Source: a virus | Strand: one strand, 5' to 3' | Length of the DNA: 42,595 nt | Virus record (IMG/VR): IMGVR_UViG_3300045988_182590 | In this document: one piece after another, positions 14,488 to 22,793 of the stretch | Layout of the letters: every line of letters begins with the position of its first letter | How positions within the stretch are numbered: position 1 is the first letter of the stretch | Notes under the pieces: generated by a model | What the model was told of the DNA's origin: nothing | The model's input: the letters and a program-made list of their open reading frames with translations, nothing else | Database searches by the model: none | Made by a program: the position numbers and the translations under genes

Positions 14488-14593
14488 ATACTTGGCTTAT
14501 CTCGTTCCGTGCTGTATGGCTTGCCAAGGAACGGCGGATGGGATTTTTTTCGCCGCGTTGACGACGATTGTGTTGTCTTTTATGTTGGATTGA
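14474..14593 (+). CDS. 39-aa hydrophobic peptide
   Basis: MKNLKYLAYLVPCCMACQGTADGIFFAALTTIVLSFMLD. Confidence 0.3.
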   Translation: MKNLKYLAYLVPCCMACQGTADGIFFAALTTIVLSFMLD

Positions 14594-14606
14594 GGGAGGT
14601 AAAAAA

Positions 14607-14750
14607 ATGAAAGATTGGGTTTATTTTATTCTAACGATAGCTTGGGCAATCTTTTGTCTATGGGGTGCAATAGCTTTGGAAAAAAACGCTGTAAATTCTG
14701 GTGTTATTTTTATGCTGTGCCTTATTGGGTTAGAAATAAAGATAAAATGA
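14607..14750 (+). CDS. 47-aa two-TM membrane protein
   Basis: gagggaggtaaaaaaATG; MKDWVYFILTIAWAIFCLWGAIALEKNAVNSGVIFMLCLIGLEIKIK. Confidence 0.5.
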   Translation: MKDWVYFILTIAWAIFCLWGAIALEKNAVNSGVIFMLCLIGLEIKIK

Positions 14751-14914
14751 CGAAAGAAGAAAAAGCTCTCGTAGAAGCGTATAAAAAGGGAATGGCGGAC
14801 GCTTGCTCTATTTTATTGGAAACGATACGGGCGAAACAAATTGAAAACGTCGCCGATTTGCTTCCCTCTTTGGCATATACGGAAAAAGAGAACGGGAAAC
14901 ACACAATACATTAA
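14747..14914 (+). CDS. Hypothetical small protein
   Basis: ATGA overlap with the upstream stop; 55 aa. Confidence 0.45.
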   Translation: MTKEEKALVEAYKKGMADACSILLETIRAKQIENVADLLPSLAYTEKENGKHTIH

Positions 14915-14987
14915 AACTTCTTGACAACGGCGGATAAAACAGATAGGATGAAAATCTCTTATTTCTCCTAAAGAAGACAAACGGAAC

Positions 14988-15022
14988 GAACGGGACGGAT
15001 GAAAATTCGCCCCGTTCTTTTT
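14988..15022. terminator. Bidirectional stem-loop between the convergent early and late blocks
   Basis: gaacgggacg/cgccccgttc stem (9/10 paired) followed by ttttt. Confidence 0.55.
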
Positions 15023-15395
15023 ATCCCTGTTTTCGGTAATAATCCCAGACAACGCCTTGCGGTTTTGTTAGGTCATCGTCAACGTGAATGAATGTTTTTC
15101 CGATTCCGATACGACAAAAGCCGACTTCCAATAATGCGGACAAAATTTTTAAACGACTCCAGCCGTCCGTACATTTAATATCAACGGCAAGACCCGCCAA
15201 GTGTGAAGACGTTTCCGAACCGCCGACTTCTCGATTATATTTTTCACACCGAAAAGCAGACGTTAAAACAAACGGGATGCCCGCAAGTTCGCGCGCCTTG
15301 TTTAATTTTTCACGAAAGTCGGGGACAAGACCGCCGCACCCGCAACAACGGCACGATTCTTCGTTTTGTGAAAAGTAATTTTTTGTCATAAGCAC
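15021..15395 (-). CDS. Endolysin, peptidase M15 (L-Ala-D-Glu / D,D-peptidase type)
   Basis: TSAFRCEKYNREVGGSETSSHLAGLAVDI and FIHVDDD zinc-ligand pattern. Confidence 0.8.
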   Translation of the reverse strand: MLMTKNYFSQNEESCRCCGCGGLVPDFREKLNKARELAGIPFVLTSAFRCEKYNREVGGSETSSHLAGLAVDIKCTDGWSRLKILSALLEVGFCRIGIGKTFIHVDDDLTKPQGVVWDYYRKQG

Positions 15396-16001
15396 CTACA
15401 TACCAACCCAGAAAATCAATCCGAAAATGAATCCGACTGCGTACTCGGCAAGATTTGTCGCGCCAGAAACAGACCAATGTTTTTGAAACAGCCAATCTTC
15501 ACGTTCTTTAAGCATCCAACAAAGCGCGTACAACGGCGATACGCTTGCGCCTATAGCGATTACCCACGGCGAAAACAACGGCTCTGTATAACCAAATAAA
15601 AGAGGAATAAAGCCCAATGCGTAAAACAGAAACATCGGACAGGTGTATCTCAGCCCCATATACAGGAAATCGTACAGAAAGCCGTATTTTCTGTTTTTAA
15701 GCAACCAGTCGCAAGGAAAGTGATACCAGCGGGCGTTATACCGCTTAATTGTCGTTTCGTCATATTGTCCGCGACCGATGTCAAAGCAAGCCCCGTGTCC
15801 ACGCGCCCAGAACTGACAGTACAAGAAAACGGCGGATAAGGCACAAATCCACCATTCGTAATGCGTGTGCCAATACATCATCCCCGTGAATGACACCAAA
15901 AAGACGATACATTGAACAGCGCGATTGTTTCCAAGCCAAGTATTCTTAAATCCCCCGCCAAACCACCTGCGCCATAGTCCATAGAACACCGCTTCTATCA
16001 T
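15396..16001 (-). CDS. Polytopic (about 5-6 TM) Trp-rich membrane protein in the lysis cassette
   Basis: 201 aa, several hydrophobic segments, abuts the endolysin start. Confidence 0.55.
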   Translation of the reverse strand: MIEAVFYGLWRRWFGGGFKNTWLGNNRAVQCIVFLVSFTGMMYWHTHYEWWICALSAVFLYCQFWARGHGACFDIGRGQYDETTIKRYNARWYHFPCDWLLKNRKYGFLYDFLYMGLRYTCPMFLFYALGFIPLLFGYTEPLFSPWVIAIGASVSPLYALCWMLKEREDWLFQKHWSVSGATNLAEYAVGFIFGLIFWVGM

Positions 16002-16249
16002 TTCTTTGTTTCCTCAATTAAAATGCGGTAGATGTCTTTAACGTCGTTCTTTGTTTCGGTCGTCTGGTGCAAAACTGTGTCGAGTTTAACCTCAATCATT
16101 GAAACCTTGCCCTCTGTTATGGCGGCGCGATGTTCCAATTCCGTAACGCGCGGGGACAACTGAATAAGTGTTTGGATAAAACAGGACACGGTGAAAATTG
16201 TCATTATCACCCAGCCCCACACTTTAAGTTTTTCGACGACGTGTTCCAT
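15998..16249 (-). CDS. Single-TM protein with a coiled-coil tail (holin/spanin-like)
   Basis: WGWVIMTIFTVSCFIQTLI followed by a helical charged tail. Confidence 0.5.
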   Translation of the reverse strand: MEHVVEKLKVWGWVIMTIFTVSCFIQTLIQLSPRVTELEHRAAITEGKVSMIEVKLDTVLHQTTETKNDVKDIYRILIEETKK

Positions 16250-16524
16250 TATTCGACCTCTTCTATAAAAACATTTACAGGAACGGCAGAACCTTTGAAA
16301 TACACCTTGTCCCCTGTGTCGGCGACAACTGAAACGTCAGAAAATGGCGCAAGTTCTTTCCCGCGAATATCGTTGTCGGGCGTTTCGGTCGTTTTCAAAT
16401 AACACAAAAAACCGATGCCAATGCTGTTTGCGTGAACCGTATATGCTTTTGTATGGTCGTAGTCTTGACCCATAATGTCAGAAAGCGGTTGCCATTCTTT
16501 AGCTTTCACGTTGTAATTTTTCAT
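16249..16524 (-). CDS. Hypothetical protein downstream of the tail fibre
   Basis: 91-aa ORF. Confidence 0.5.
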   Translation of the reverse strand: MKNYNVKAKEWQPLSDIMGQDYDHTKAYTVHANSIGIGFLCYLKTTETPDNDIRGKELAPFSDVSVVADTGDKVYFKGSAVPVNVFIEEVE

Positions 16525-16610
16525 TTTCGTTGTCCCTGTAAAAACTTTAACTACTTATAGGTTAAATCAATCCGCTCTTTTTATCAACAAGTCTTTTTAG
16601 GAAAGCAAAA

Positions 16611-16633
16611 ACAACGTTTAATCTGCCGAATTT
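16611..16633. repeat. Left copy of the 23-bp inverted repeat acaacgtttaatctgccgaattt
   Basis: Perfect reverse complement of 17217..17239. Confidence 0.95.
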
Positions 16634-16934
16634 AAATGATAGGATTCCACAAGGAAGCGGAAGCCGCGGAACGGTCGGCACGTATTTATCTGAGAGCTTG
16701 CCAAACATTAAAGAGTATGTTCCATCCTCGCTACGTTGCGATTTTGGGAATTCATCTGTCTCTGGTAGTGTTTTTGAAATAGGCGACGCATCAGGTTACA
16801 AATACACTGCTGGAACGGGTTTCGGGTCAACCTCTGGATTTGACTTAAACGTATCACGTAAATACCCTACATACAAAGACAACGCTCCAGTCCAACAATC
16901 CGCGACGGTGGTTGTTTTCTGCATCCGATACTAA
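16611..16934 (+). other. Silent alternative tail-fibre C-terminal cassette (no start codon; begins inside the inverted repeat)
   Basis: Frame open from 16566. TTFNLPNLNDRIPQGSGSRGTVGTYLSESLPN... continues the tail-collar motif and ends CIRY-stop like the expressed cassette. Confidence 0.8.
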
Positions 16935-17830
16935 TATCGGATGCAATATAAGCACGTGGCGTAGGCGGGAATAACTCTATCAACATTTGAATAAACTTGC
17001 GACGAACGAGATGCGTCGAATCCAACCGCCACATCATTCGCTTCCGAACCAGCGGGATTTCCTCTTACAACGCTGAATGTATTATAAAAAGCTCCGCTTG
17101 TTTTAAAGGATAGTGCGATTCTGTCACCAGTAAAAACGCCTGTAATGTTCGGTAAACTTCCGTTTCCTATCTCGCCAATAGGAATAGAACCAGAGTACCA
17201 CGGTGCACGATCAAGCAAATTCGGCAGATTAAACGTTGTATTTCCGTCCCCTGCACCCCACGTTGTCCCGATGACATTGAACAGACGCGCGTAAGTGATG
17301 CGGGAAATAGCCGCGCCGTTGCAAATCAGATAACCGTCGGGAGCGTCATTTGCAGGCCAAGTGATAATTATTCCTGTCGGAAGTCCCGCGTCAATAAAAG
17401 CCCAATGCACGCCGTCAAGATATTCGGGATTTGTTAAAAAGTTAAACGTGTTGTTTTCGACAAGGGAATAAACCGCCGTCGGTTTTCCGCCGACAATCGC
17501 CCACAACAAAGCCCCCTGCGGATACCCGCCGATAGCGTCTGAAACTGCTTGATTGAACGAATATGTACCGCCGTTTTGAGCGAAGAAGTTATGTTGCGAA
17601 ACGGTGTTAAAAAGACCGTTAAAGTCTTGCTGTTTCGGGGGAAGTCCCGATACCTGTGTCGGCAAAGGATTTTCAATTACGGGCATACGGGTAATGGCAG
17701 GAAAACCCTCTTGGAAAGATGCACGATTCGTCCCTGTTGCGCCGTTCGGAATAGCGTTAATGTTTTCGCTTGTCGCCTGTGCGGCAATCGGTTGAGGGAT
17801 TACGACGGGGGTTGTATTTGAAGTCGCCAT
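16931..17830 (-). CDS. Tail fibre with a phage tail-collar domain
   Basis: GIIITWPANDAPDGYLICNGAAISRITYARLFNVIGTTWGAGDGNTTFNLPNLLDR. Confidence 0.8.
   Translation of the reverse strand: MATSNTTPVVIPQPIAAQATSENINAIPNGATGTNRASFQEGFPAITRMPVIENPLPTQVSGLPPKQQDFNGLFNTVSQHNFFAQNGGTYSFNQAVSDAIGGYPQGALLWAIVGGKPTAVYSLVENNTFNFLTNPEYLDGVHWAFIDAGLPTGIIITWPANDAPDGYLICNGAAISRITYARLFNVIGTTWGAGDGNTTFNLPNLLDRAPWYSGSIPIGEIGNGSLPNITGVFTGDRIALSFKTSGAFYNTFSVVRGNPAGSEANDVAVGFDASRSSQVYSNVDRVIPAYATCLYCIRY
17217..17239. repeat. Right copy of the 23-bp inverted repeat, inside the tail-fibre gene
   Basis: aaattcggcagattaaacgttgt; encodes TTFNLPN on the minus strand. Confidence 0.95.
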
Positions 17831-18448
17831 TTATTTAACTCCTATGCTGTCTACGACAAAAACGCCGTTGTTAAAAGGTTTAAGACCGCTCCCCTCGAAA
17901 CCGAACGTTTCTTGCGGCGGAATCGGTATAATGGATGCAATTTTAACGCCAGACGGGCGCGGCAGAAAATCGTTTAATTGCAAAACGATTTCTTCTTCGG
18001 CTGTCGGAAAAAAGTCTAAAATGTACGTTATGGACATATTCAAATTGTCCTGTACATAAGACTTGTTGTCGGGATGATTGAAGAAAATTTGACGAATAAA
18101 CGTGTTTACGTTTGAAAACGTCGGCGCGTGAGAGTTTTTATACAGTTTTGCGTTCAAAAGAAATCTGTAAGACTCCGTCGGAATGGGGACAAGTTCGCCG
18201 TCGGCGTTCGTATACAAAGGACGTTCAAGATTCAGTAAAAAACTCCACAAAGTCAAACCAAATTCGTTTGCCGTCTGAATGTTCAAAACGTCATCAATCC
18301 ATCGTTCCCAAAAATCAGAAACGGCATCATCGTAAAAGTTTTGCTTCATAGCAATCAAAGCGTTAAAGTTCGGCGCGTTGTCGTACTGCCAAAGGATAAC
18401 GTTTCTTGCATTAAAAGCGATTTCTTTTGCGACATCGTAATTCTTCAT
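17831..18448 (-). CDS. Baseplate wedge protein (DUF2612 / Mu gp48-like)
   Basis: ILWQYDNAPNFNALI motif and position after the J-like gene. Confidence 0.55.
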   Translation of the reverse strand: MKNYDVAKEIAFNARNVILWQYDNAPNFNALIAMKQNFYDDAVSDFWERWIDDVLNIQTANEFGLTLWSFLLNLERPLYTNADGELVPIPTESYRFLLNAKLYKNSHAPTFSNVNTFIRQIFFNHPDNKSYVQDNLNMSITYILDFFPTAEEEIVLQLNDFLPRPSGVKIASIIPIPPQETFGFEGSGLKPFNNGVFVVDSIGVK

Positions 18449-19650
18449 TGAATCACCACCGACACATCATCAGACGTTAAAAGAGCGCATTGTTTTGAAA
18501 GGATTGTAACGCCGTTGACTGTTTGCTGTTCGCCTTTTTTACCCGCGACGACTTGAACAATTTTAATTTCGGGGATTGCTTCGGAAACGGCGGAAGCGAT
18601 TTCAAAAGTGTTTACGTTATTCCCGATTACAAGACACTCGACGTTCGGATTTTTGTTTTGCGTCCAAGCGACAACGGCATCTTTTACATCTTGATAAATG
18701 TTGTTTCCCCGATATTTGTTCAAAGAAACCGTGATTGTCGTTTGCACCTCGATATATTCGGGGCGATTGAATGTAACTTGGACGTATCGGTCGTTTATTG
18801 CATCGTATCCTAAACCTGTTTCGGATTGTCCGCTAATTGCCGTATATCCGCATCCGACGTTTTTTGCGGACGCAATGGCATTGTAAATGTCTTGAACAAG
18901 TCCGCCGTCCACAATGATACACAAAGAGTGCGGGGAAACAGAAACTCCGTCAACTTCAACCGCAGTATCATTGTAATTTTCGTAATACCAAGAAGATATA
19001 ACGCCATTTACGCCAGACAGTTTTCCTTTGATAGAATCGTTATATCCGTTCGCTAATTGTTGAGCGTACAAGATACGTTCGCGATAAGAAGAGTCGCTTT
19101 CTTTTTCATATCCGATAATGGCGGGGTCGGGATTGTTTATCGTTTCCCACCCCGAAACGCTCGAAACGATTTCCGTTAATGTTCCGACGGGACAAGGGAT
19201 TTGTCCGAGTTCAACTGACTGAAAATAAACTTCCGCCTTGCCGTTTGTGTCCAGCTGAACGGCTTTTTCACTTTCAAAAATATAACCGTCCGTTGTTTTA
19301 GCTTGAGAGCCAGCGGGAATTATAGTTCCAGCAACGCCCGCAACAGATGCAAGAGTCTTAGTCGGTTGAGCATAGTTCCGATACACCAAAACCTTTACGC
19401 CGATTGCATCCAAAAAATCGCCAGATGCCGTTCGGATGTTTTGAGAATTTGCCATTAAAGCGACAACGCGGATAACCTGTTGCCGCAATAACGTATCGTG
19501 TTCAATCAAGCGTCCCTGCGGCGTTGACGTTTCAACGGACAAATCCGCGCCGAAAATATCTTTGTATTCGTTTTCAACGTCCGTTTTTACGTCGCCCGTA
19601 TTCGGAATAACAACGCCCGTGGACGTAACATAATCGTACAAATCAGCCAT
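18445..19650 (-). CDS. Baseplate J-like protein (Mu gp47-like)
   Basis: 401 aa; lies between the W-like and wedge genes. Confidence 0.6.
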   Translation of the reverse strand: MADLYDYVTSTGVVIPNTGDVKTDVENEYKDIFGADLSVETSTPQGRLIEHDTLLRQQVIRVVALMANSQNIRTASGDFLDAIGVKVLVYRNYAQPTKTLASVAGVAGTIIPAGSQAKTTDGYIFESEKAVQLDTNGKAEVYFQSVELGQIPCPVGTLTEIVSSVSGWETINNPDPAIIGYEKESDSSYRERILYAQQLANGYNDSIKGKLSGVNGVISSWYYENYNDTAVEVDGVSVSPHSLCIIVDGGLVQDIYNAIASAKNVGCGYTAISGQSETGLGYDAINDRYVQVTFNRPEYIEVQTTITVSLNKYRGNNIYQDVKDAVVAWTQNKNPNVECLVIGNNVNTFEIASAVSEAIPEIKIVQVVAGKKGEQQTVNGVTILSKQCALLTSDDVSVVIQ

Positions 19651-19652
19651 TT

Positions 19653-19997
19653 TTAACCCGCAATCGTTGTTTCCCCGTAAACCGTCGAAACGTTCATTTC
19701 ATATTTTAAAGTGCTGTCTTCAATTCGCATTGCAAAATTCACAACAGAATTTACGCCGTCAATCGCTTCAACGTTATTCACAATTTGTTTTCTAAACAAA
19801 AAAACGTCGGGCGGCGAATTGAAAACAGAGCCAAAATAATCAACGCCAACATTCGTTGCCAACTGACATTCGCCTAAAACCGTCTGAATCCGCTGTTTTA
19901 TGACCAATGCCAAAGCGTCAATATCAGACACCAACGCCAGATTGCCTAACGCATCTAAATAAACGTCATTGTCCGAATTTGTCGCTATCGTTTTCAT
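19653..19997 (-). CDS. Baseplate W/gp25-like small protein (Mu gp46 position)
   Basis: 114 aa; position; LALVIKQRIQTVLGE pattern. Confidence 0.5.
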   Translation of the reverse strand: MKTIATNSDNDVYLDALGNLALVSDIDALALVIKQRIQTVLGECQLATNVGVDYFGSVFNSPPDVFLFRKQIVNNVEAIDGVNSVVNFAMRIEDSTLKYEMNVSTVYGETTIAG

Positions 19998-20410
19998 TGA
20001 ACGCCTTTCATTTCGTTAAATCCTATAACAATTTGAAATCTTTGTAAAGGCAAAATCACGGGACGGAAATACAACATTTTCGACTGCGGCGAATCATCAA
20101 GAACAAAGTTTTCTTTAACCGAGTAAACACGAACGCCCTTTTCAAGCAAATCTTCAAACAAGCGGCAAAGTGTGAATATACGGCGGGACAAGCAGGACAA
20201 TTCAGAAACAATAACAACATCGCCCGATTTCAAACGTCGGGCAAGGCTTCCAAGATTACGGAGTTTCGGCTCTTTTGTCCCCGAAACTTTGTCAACAATG
20301 TATTTGTCGATTTGAACATTCAAAGCAACGGCTTTGGCATCCACGCCTTGCCGCTGATTTTGTTCGTCTTGAGAAACAGATGATACCCGTAAATATGCGT
20401 AAACAGTCAT
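19994..20410 (-). CDS. Truncated serine-recombinase catalytic domain (paralogue of 8427..9269) without E-helix or HTH
   Basis: MTVYAYLRVSSVSQDEQNQ...VSGTKEPKLR...SELSCLSRR...QSKMLYF, then unrelated sequence running into the W-like start. Confidence 0.7.
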   Translation of the reverse strand: MTVYAYLRVSSVSQDEQNQRQGVDAKAVALNVQIDKYIVDKVSGTKEPKLRNLGSLARRLKSGDVVIVSELSCLSRRIFTLCRLFEDLLEKGVRVYSVKENFVLDDSPQSKMLYFRPVILPLQRFQIVIGFNEMKGVQ

Positions 20411-20413
20411 ATT

Positions 20414-20437
20414 AAAAAGGCGGGAAAAATCCCGCCC
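20414..20437 (-). terminator. Rho-independent terminator inside the late operon
   Basis: Minus strand ggcggga-tttt-tcccgcc followed by ttttt. Confidence 0.7.
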
Positions 20438-20442
20438 CTTTC

Positions 20443-20886
20443 TTATTTGGGTTCTTCAAGCGTCTTGAGCTTTTCCTCAAGTTCGTTAATCTGCGCCCGC
20501 CACCCGTCACGCTCGGAAACAACGGCATCTAAATCATACGGCAATTCTTGTCCTCTCAACGAAGCTTCGGTGCATTTCAACACTTTGTAATCCGTTTCGG
20601 AAAGTTTTGCTTTCAGCTCCCAGATTTCCTGTTGCGTCTTTTCTTTTTCGGTCGGGACGTAAGGTTCGGGTTCTTTCGGTTTTTCCTGTTCTTTGTATTC
20701 CCAAGCGTCGCCATTCCAAACGATGTCGAAACCCTCTTTTGCTTCGGGCGGTTCAATCAGCGTGCAGTCTGCGGGCAAAAGCCAAATATCCTTGCCTTGC
20801 AGTTTAGACTCCAAAGGGTCTTTGTGCATTTCTTCGGATTGTTGAAACGTCTTTTTTTCTTGGTCGTAGCGATAGCAGATAGCCAT
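20443..20886 (-). CDS. Tail-fibre assembly protein (Tfa / Mu U-like)
   Basis: LPADCTLIEPPEAKEGFDIVWNGDAWEY parallels lambda Tfa [22 protein letters not shown]; helical C-terminal half. Confidence 0.6.
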   Translation of the reverse strand: MAICYRYDQEKKTFQQSEEMHKDPLESKLQGKDIWLLPADCTLIEPPEAKEGFDIVWNGDAWEYKEQEKPKEPEPYVPTEKEKTQQEIWELKAKLSETDYKVLKCTEASLRGQELPYDLDAVVSERDGWRAQINELEEKLKTLEEPK

Positions 20887-20947
20887 TTGTGTTTCCTTTC
20901 AAAAAAATATATCTGATATTATCGGATAAACATCCGACAAGCAAGGA

Positions 20948-21643
20948 TTAAGAAACCTGCGTTAAAAGTCCATTCGTAAAAGTCAATGTTTGCTTTGTCG
21001 CGCCTGAAACATCGTGAATTTCAACAACCTGCGTTGTCAGTCCCGCAACGCCGCCCGTTGAATACGTTGCCGATTCGGTGTTTCCCGAAACAGAAACGTT
21101 TTTAGAAACAGTCGCTCCGTTCGCGTCAAAAACAAGCGTGCTTTCGCCATTCGTGAGCGTTAAATTTTCCGCCGTCATTTCAACTTTGACCGTACCGTCC
21201 GCGTTTTGAATTGAAAAGTCCGCCGTTGTATTATCAGCAGTCGAAAGATTGAACGGCAAAAAGAAACCGTCTTCAACGGCGTGAACTCGTCGGGTATTCG
21301 GGTCGGCTTCGGTGAGTGTCTTCAAAAAATTATAACAATCACGGTCGGCGAAAAAAATCAGTCCCAAATCCCCTTGTTTCAAAGAAAATGAAACCGTAAA
21401 TGCGCTTCCGAAACGGACAACGGGCATTGTGATAATCTGTCGACTTTCCGTAATGCCGTCATTCCTGATATATTTGACCGCAGGACGCACTTTAACCGTG
21501 TTAGATACCCTGTCATACTCTTGAACAATAGCGGGCATACAGACGCTTATTTGTGCGCTTATTGACCGCAACAAATCTTGAAGTGCGAAAAGTTCACTTT
21601 CTGTTGAAAGCGGATTTGCATTTACGATTGAAGTGTCAGACAT
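20948..21643 (-). CDS. Baseplate central spike (gp138-N / Mu gp45-like)
   Basis: VCMPAIVQEYDRVSNTVKVRPAVK..ITMPVV OB-fold pattern, beta-helical Thr/Ser-rich C-terminus. Confidence 0.6.
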   Translation of the reverse strand: MSDTSIVNANPLSTESELFALQDLLRSISAQISVCMPAIVQEYDRVSNTVKVRPAVKYIRNDGITESRQIITMPVVRFGSAFTVSFSLKQGDLGLIFFADRDCYNFLKTLTEADPNTRRVHAVEDGFFLPFNLSTADNTTADFSIQNADGTVKVEMTAENLTLTNGESTLVFDANGATVSKNVSVSGNTESATYSTGGVAGLTTQVVEIHDVSGATKQTLTFTNGLLTQVS

Positions 21644-22502
21644 TGCTCGGAATCCTCATACAAGAAAGGTGCGTGTAAAAAGGAACGTCGCGGGAAGTCC
21701 CCTCGTGCGTCAACATATAGACCGTGTAATCCCCATTCAAAGACGGAATTTGCGTCGATTCGATTTTTGCGATTTGCGACATCTGAAAAAACGGGTTTAG
21801 GAAAATTGAAACGTCGCATCCGTAAGTCGTCGGCTTCGGCATAAAAACCATACCGTTTTCAACATTGATTAAATACGGAACGCTCGGTCGATTCGTTTTT
21901 GCCCAGTCATCGACAATGATTTTTCCCTGTTCGTAATAAAAAATCTTGTCGTTTTTTAACATTTCATAGAGTTTCCTTTCCAAGGACGGAAGATTCCCCT
22001 TGAAATAAAACTTATCTATTCTTTTGTTAGACGTGGAATAATCCAAAACAACGGGAACTGAAAATTCAGACGCTATTTTTTTAACAAGATTTTTCGACGT
22101 TGTATTTTCAATCGATATTTCTTTTTCTTCAGAAACAAGGTCTAAGTTTGAAAACACTTCCATATTCAGCCAAATATCGGGCGGCATTGTCGGAATTGCT
22201 TTAAAAATCAATCCGTCAAAAATTACCGCCGACTCGTCGTCTGTTTCTTCAACGTATCCTGCGGTCAGGCGAATATATTTATCGTTTTGCGCCGCCAAAT
22301 ACGCCCCCTGAAACGTCGTCAGCTGGTTTATATGCTCTTGCGACAATCCACACACCGAGATTGTCCCTTGAGAAAAAACTGTCCCACGGTATTTTGTGAT
22401 TTTGAAACGAACGGCTAAATTTTCAAGCGTCAGTAAAACATCCCGCTGTTTTTTATCAGCGGACAAGCGGTAAATTTCGACAACGACTTTACGCTTTTTC
22501 AT
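21636..22502 (-). CDS. Baseplate hub protein (Mu gp44 position)
   Basis: Position and size (288 aa). Confidence 0.45.
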   Translation of the reverse strand: MKKRKVVVEIYRLSADKKQRDVLLTLENLAVRFKITKYRGTVFSQGTISVCGLSQEHINQLTTFQGAYLAAQNDKYIRLTAGYVEETDDESAVIFDGLIFKAIPTMPPDIWLNMEVFSNLDLVSEEKEISIENTTSKNLVKKIASEFSVPVVLDYSTSNKRIDKFYFKGNLPSLERKLYEMLKNDKIFYYEQGKIIVDDWAKTNRPSVPYLINVENGMVFMPKPTTYGCDVSIFLNPFFQMSQIAKIESTQIPSLNGDYTVYMLTHEGTSRDVPFYTHLSCMRIPSNV

Positions 22503-22792
22503 TCCGAATCACTCACATAAATCAAGTTCGCGCTTTCGCCCAATTTGTCATAAGACGGATAATCTTCATCATCGCAAAGCATATAAAACTGACCGCCGCG
22601 TTTCTGAAAATCATACAGAATCGGCTGATTGTTGCATACGGCAACGCTCGTACACAATGTTTCTTCATCGGCAACAATCGTAATGAAAAGCAAGTCCAGC
22701 GACGTTTGCAAAGAGATTTCATAGTTCACGCCGTCTAAAACGACAAAAAACGTTTGATTAGGCGATTTTGTTGTAGGGATGATTTGTGCCAT
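22499..22792 (-). CDS. Hypothetical tail protein
   Basis: 97-aa ORF in the tail module. Confidence 0.45.
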   Translation of the reverse strand: MAQIIPTTKSPNQTFFVVLDGVNYEISLQTSLDLLFITIVADEETLCTSVAVCNNQPILYDFQKRGGQFYMLCDDEDYPSYDKLGESANLIYVSDSE

Positions 22793-22793
22793 T

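Noticed and set aside
16623-16629. Shared heptamer CTGCCGA in the tail-fibre repeat and near both Grx/invertase junctions (6409, 8376) as a common recombinase site
   Set aside because: The same heptamer or its complement also occurs at several unrelated places (for example near 1876, 30533, 31874). Its frequency is about what chance predicts, so it is not evidence for a common site.
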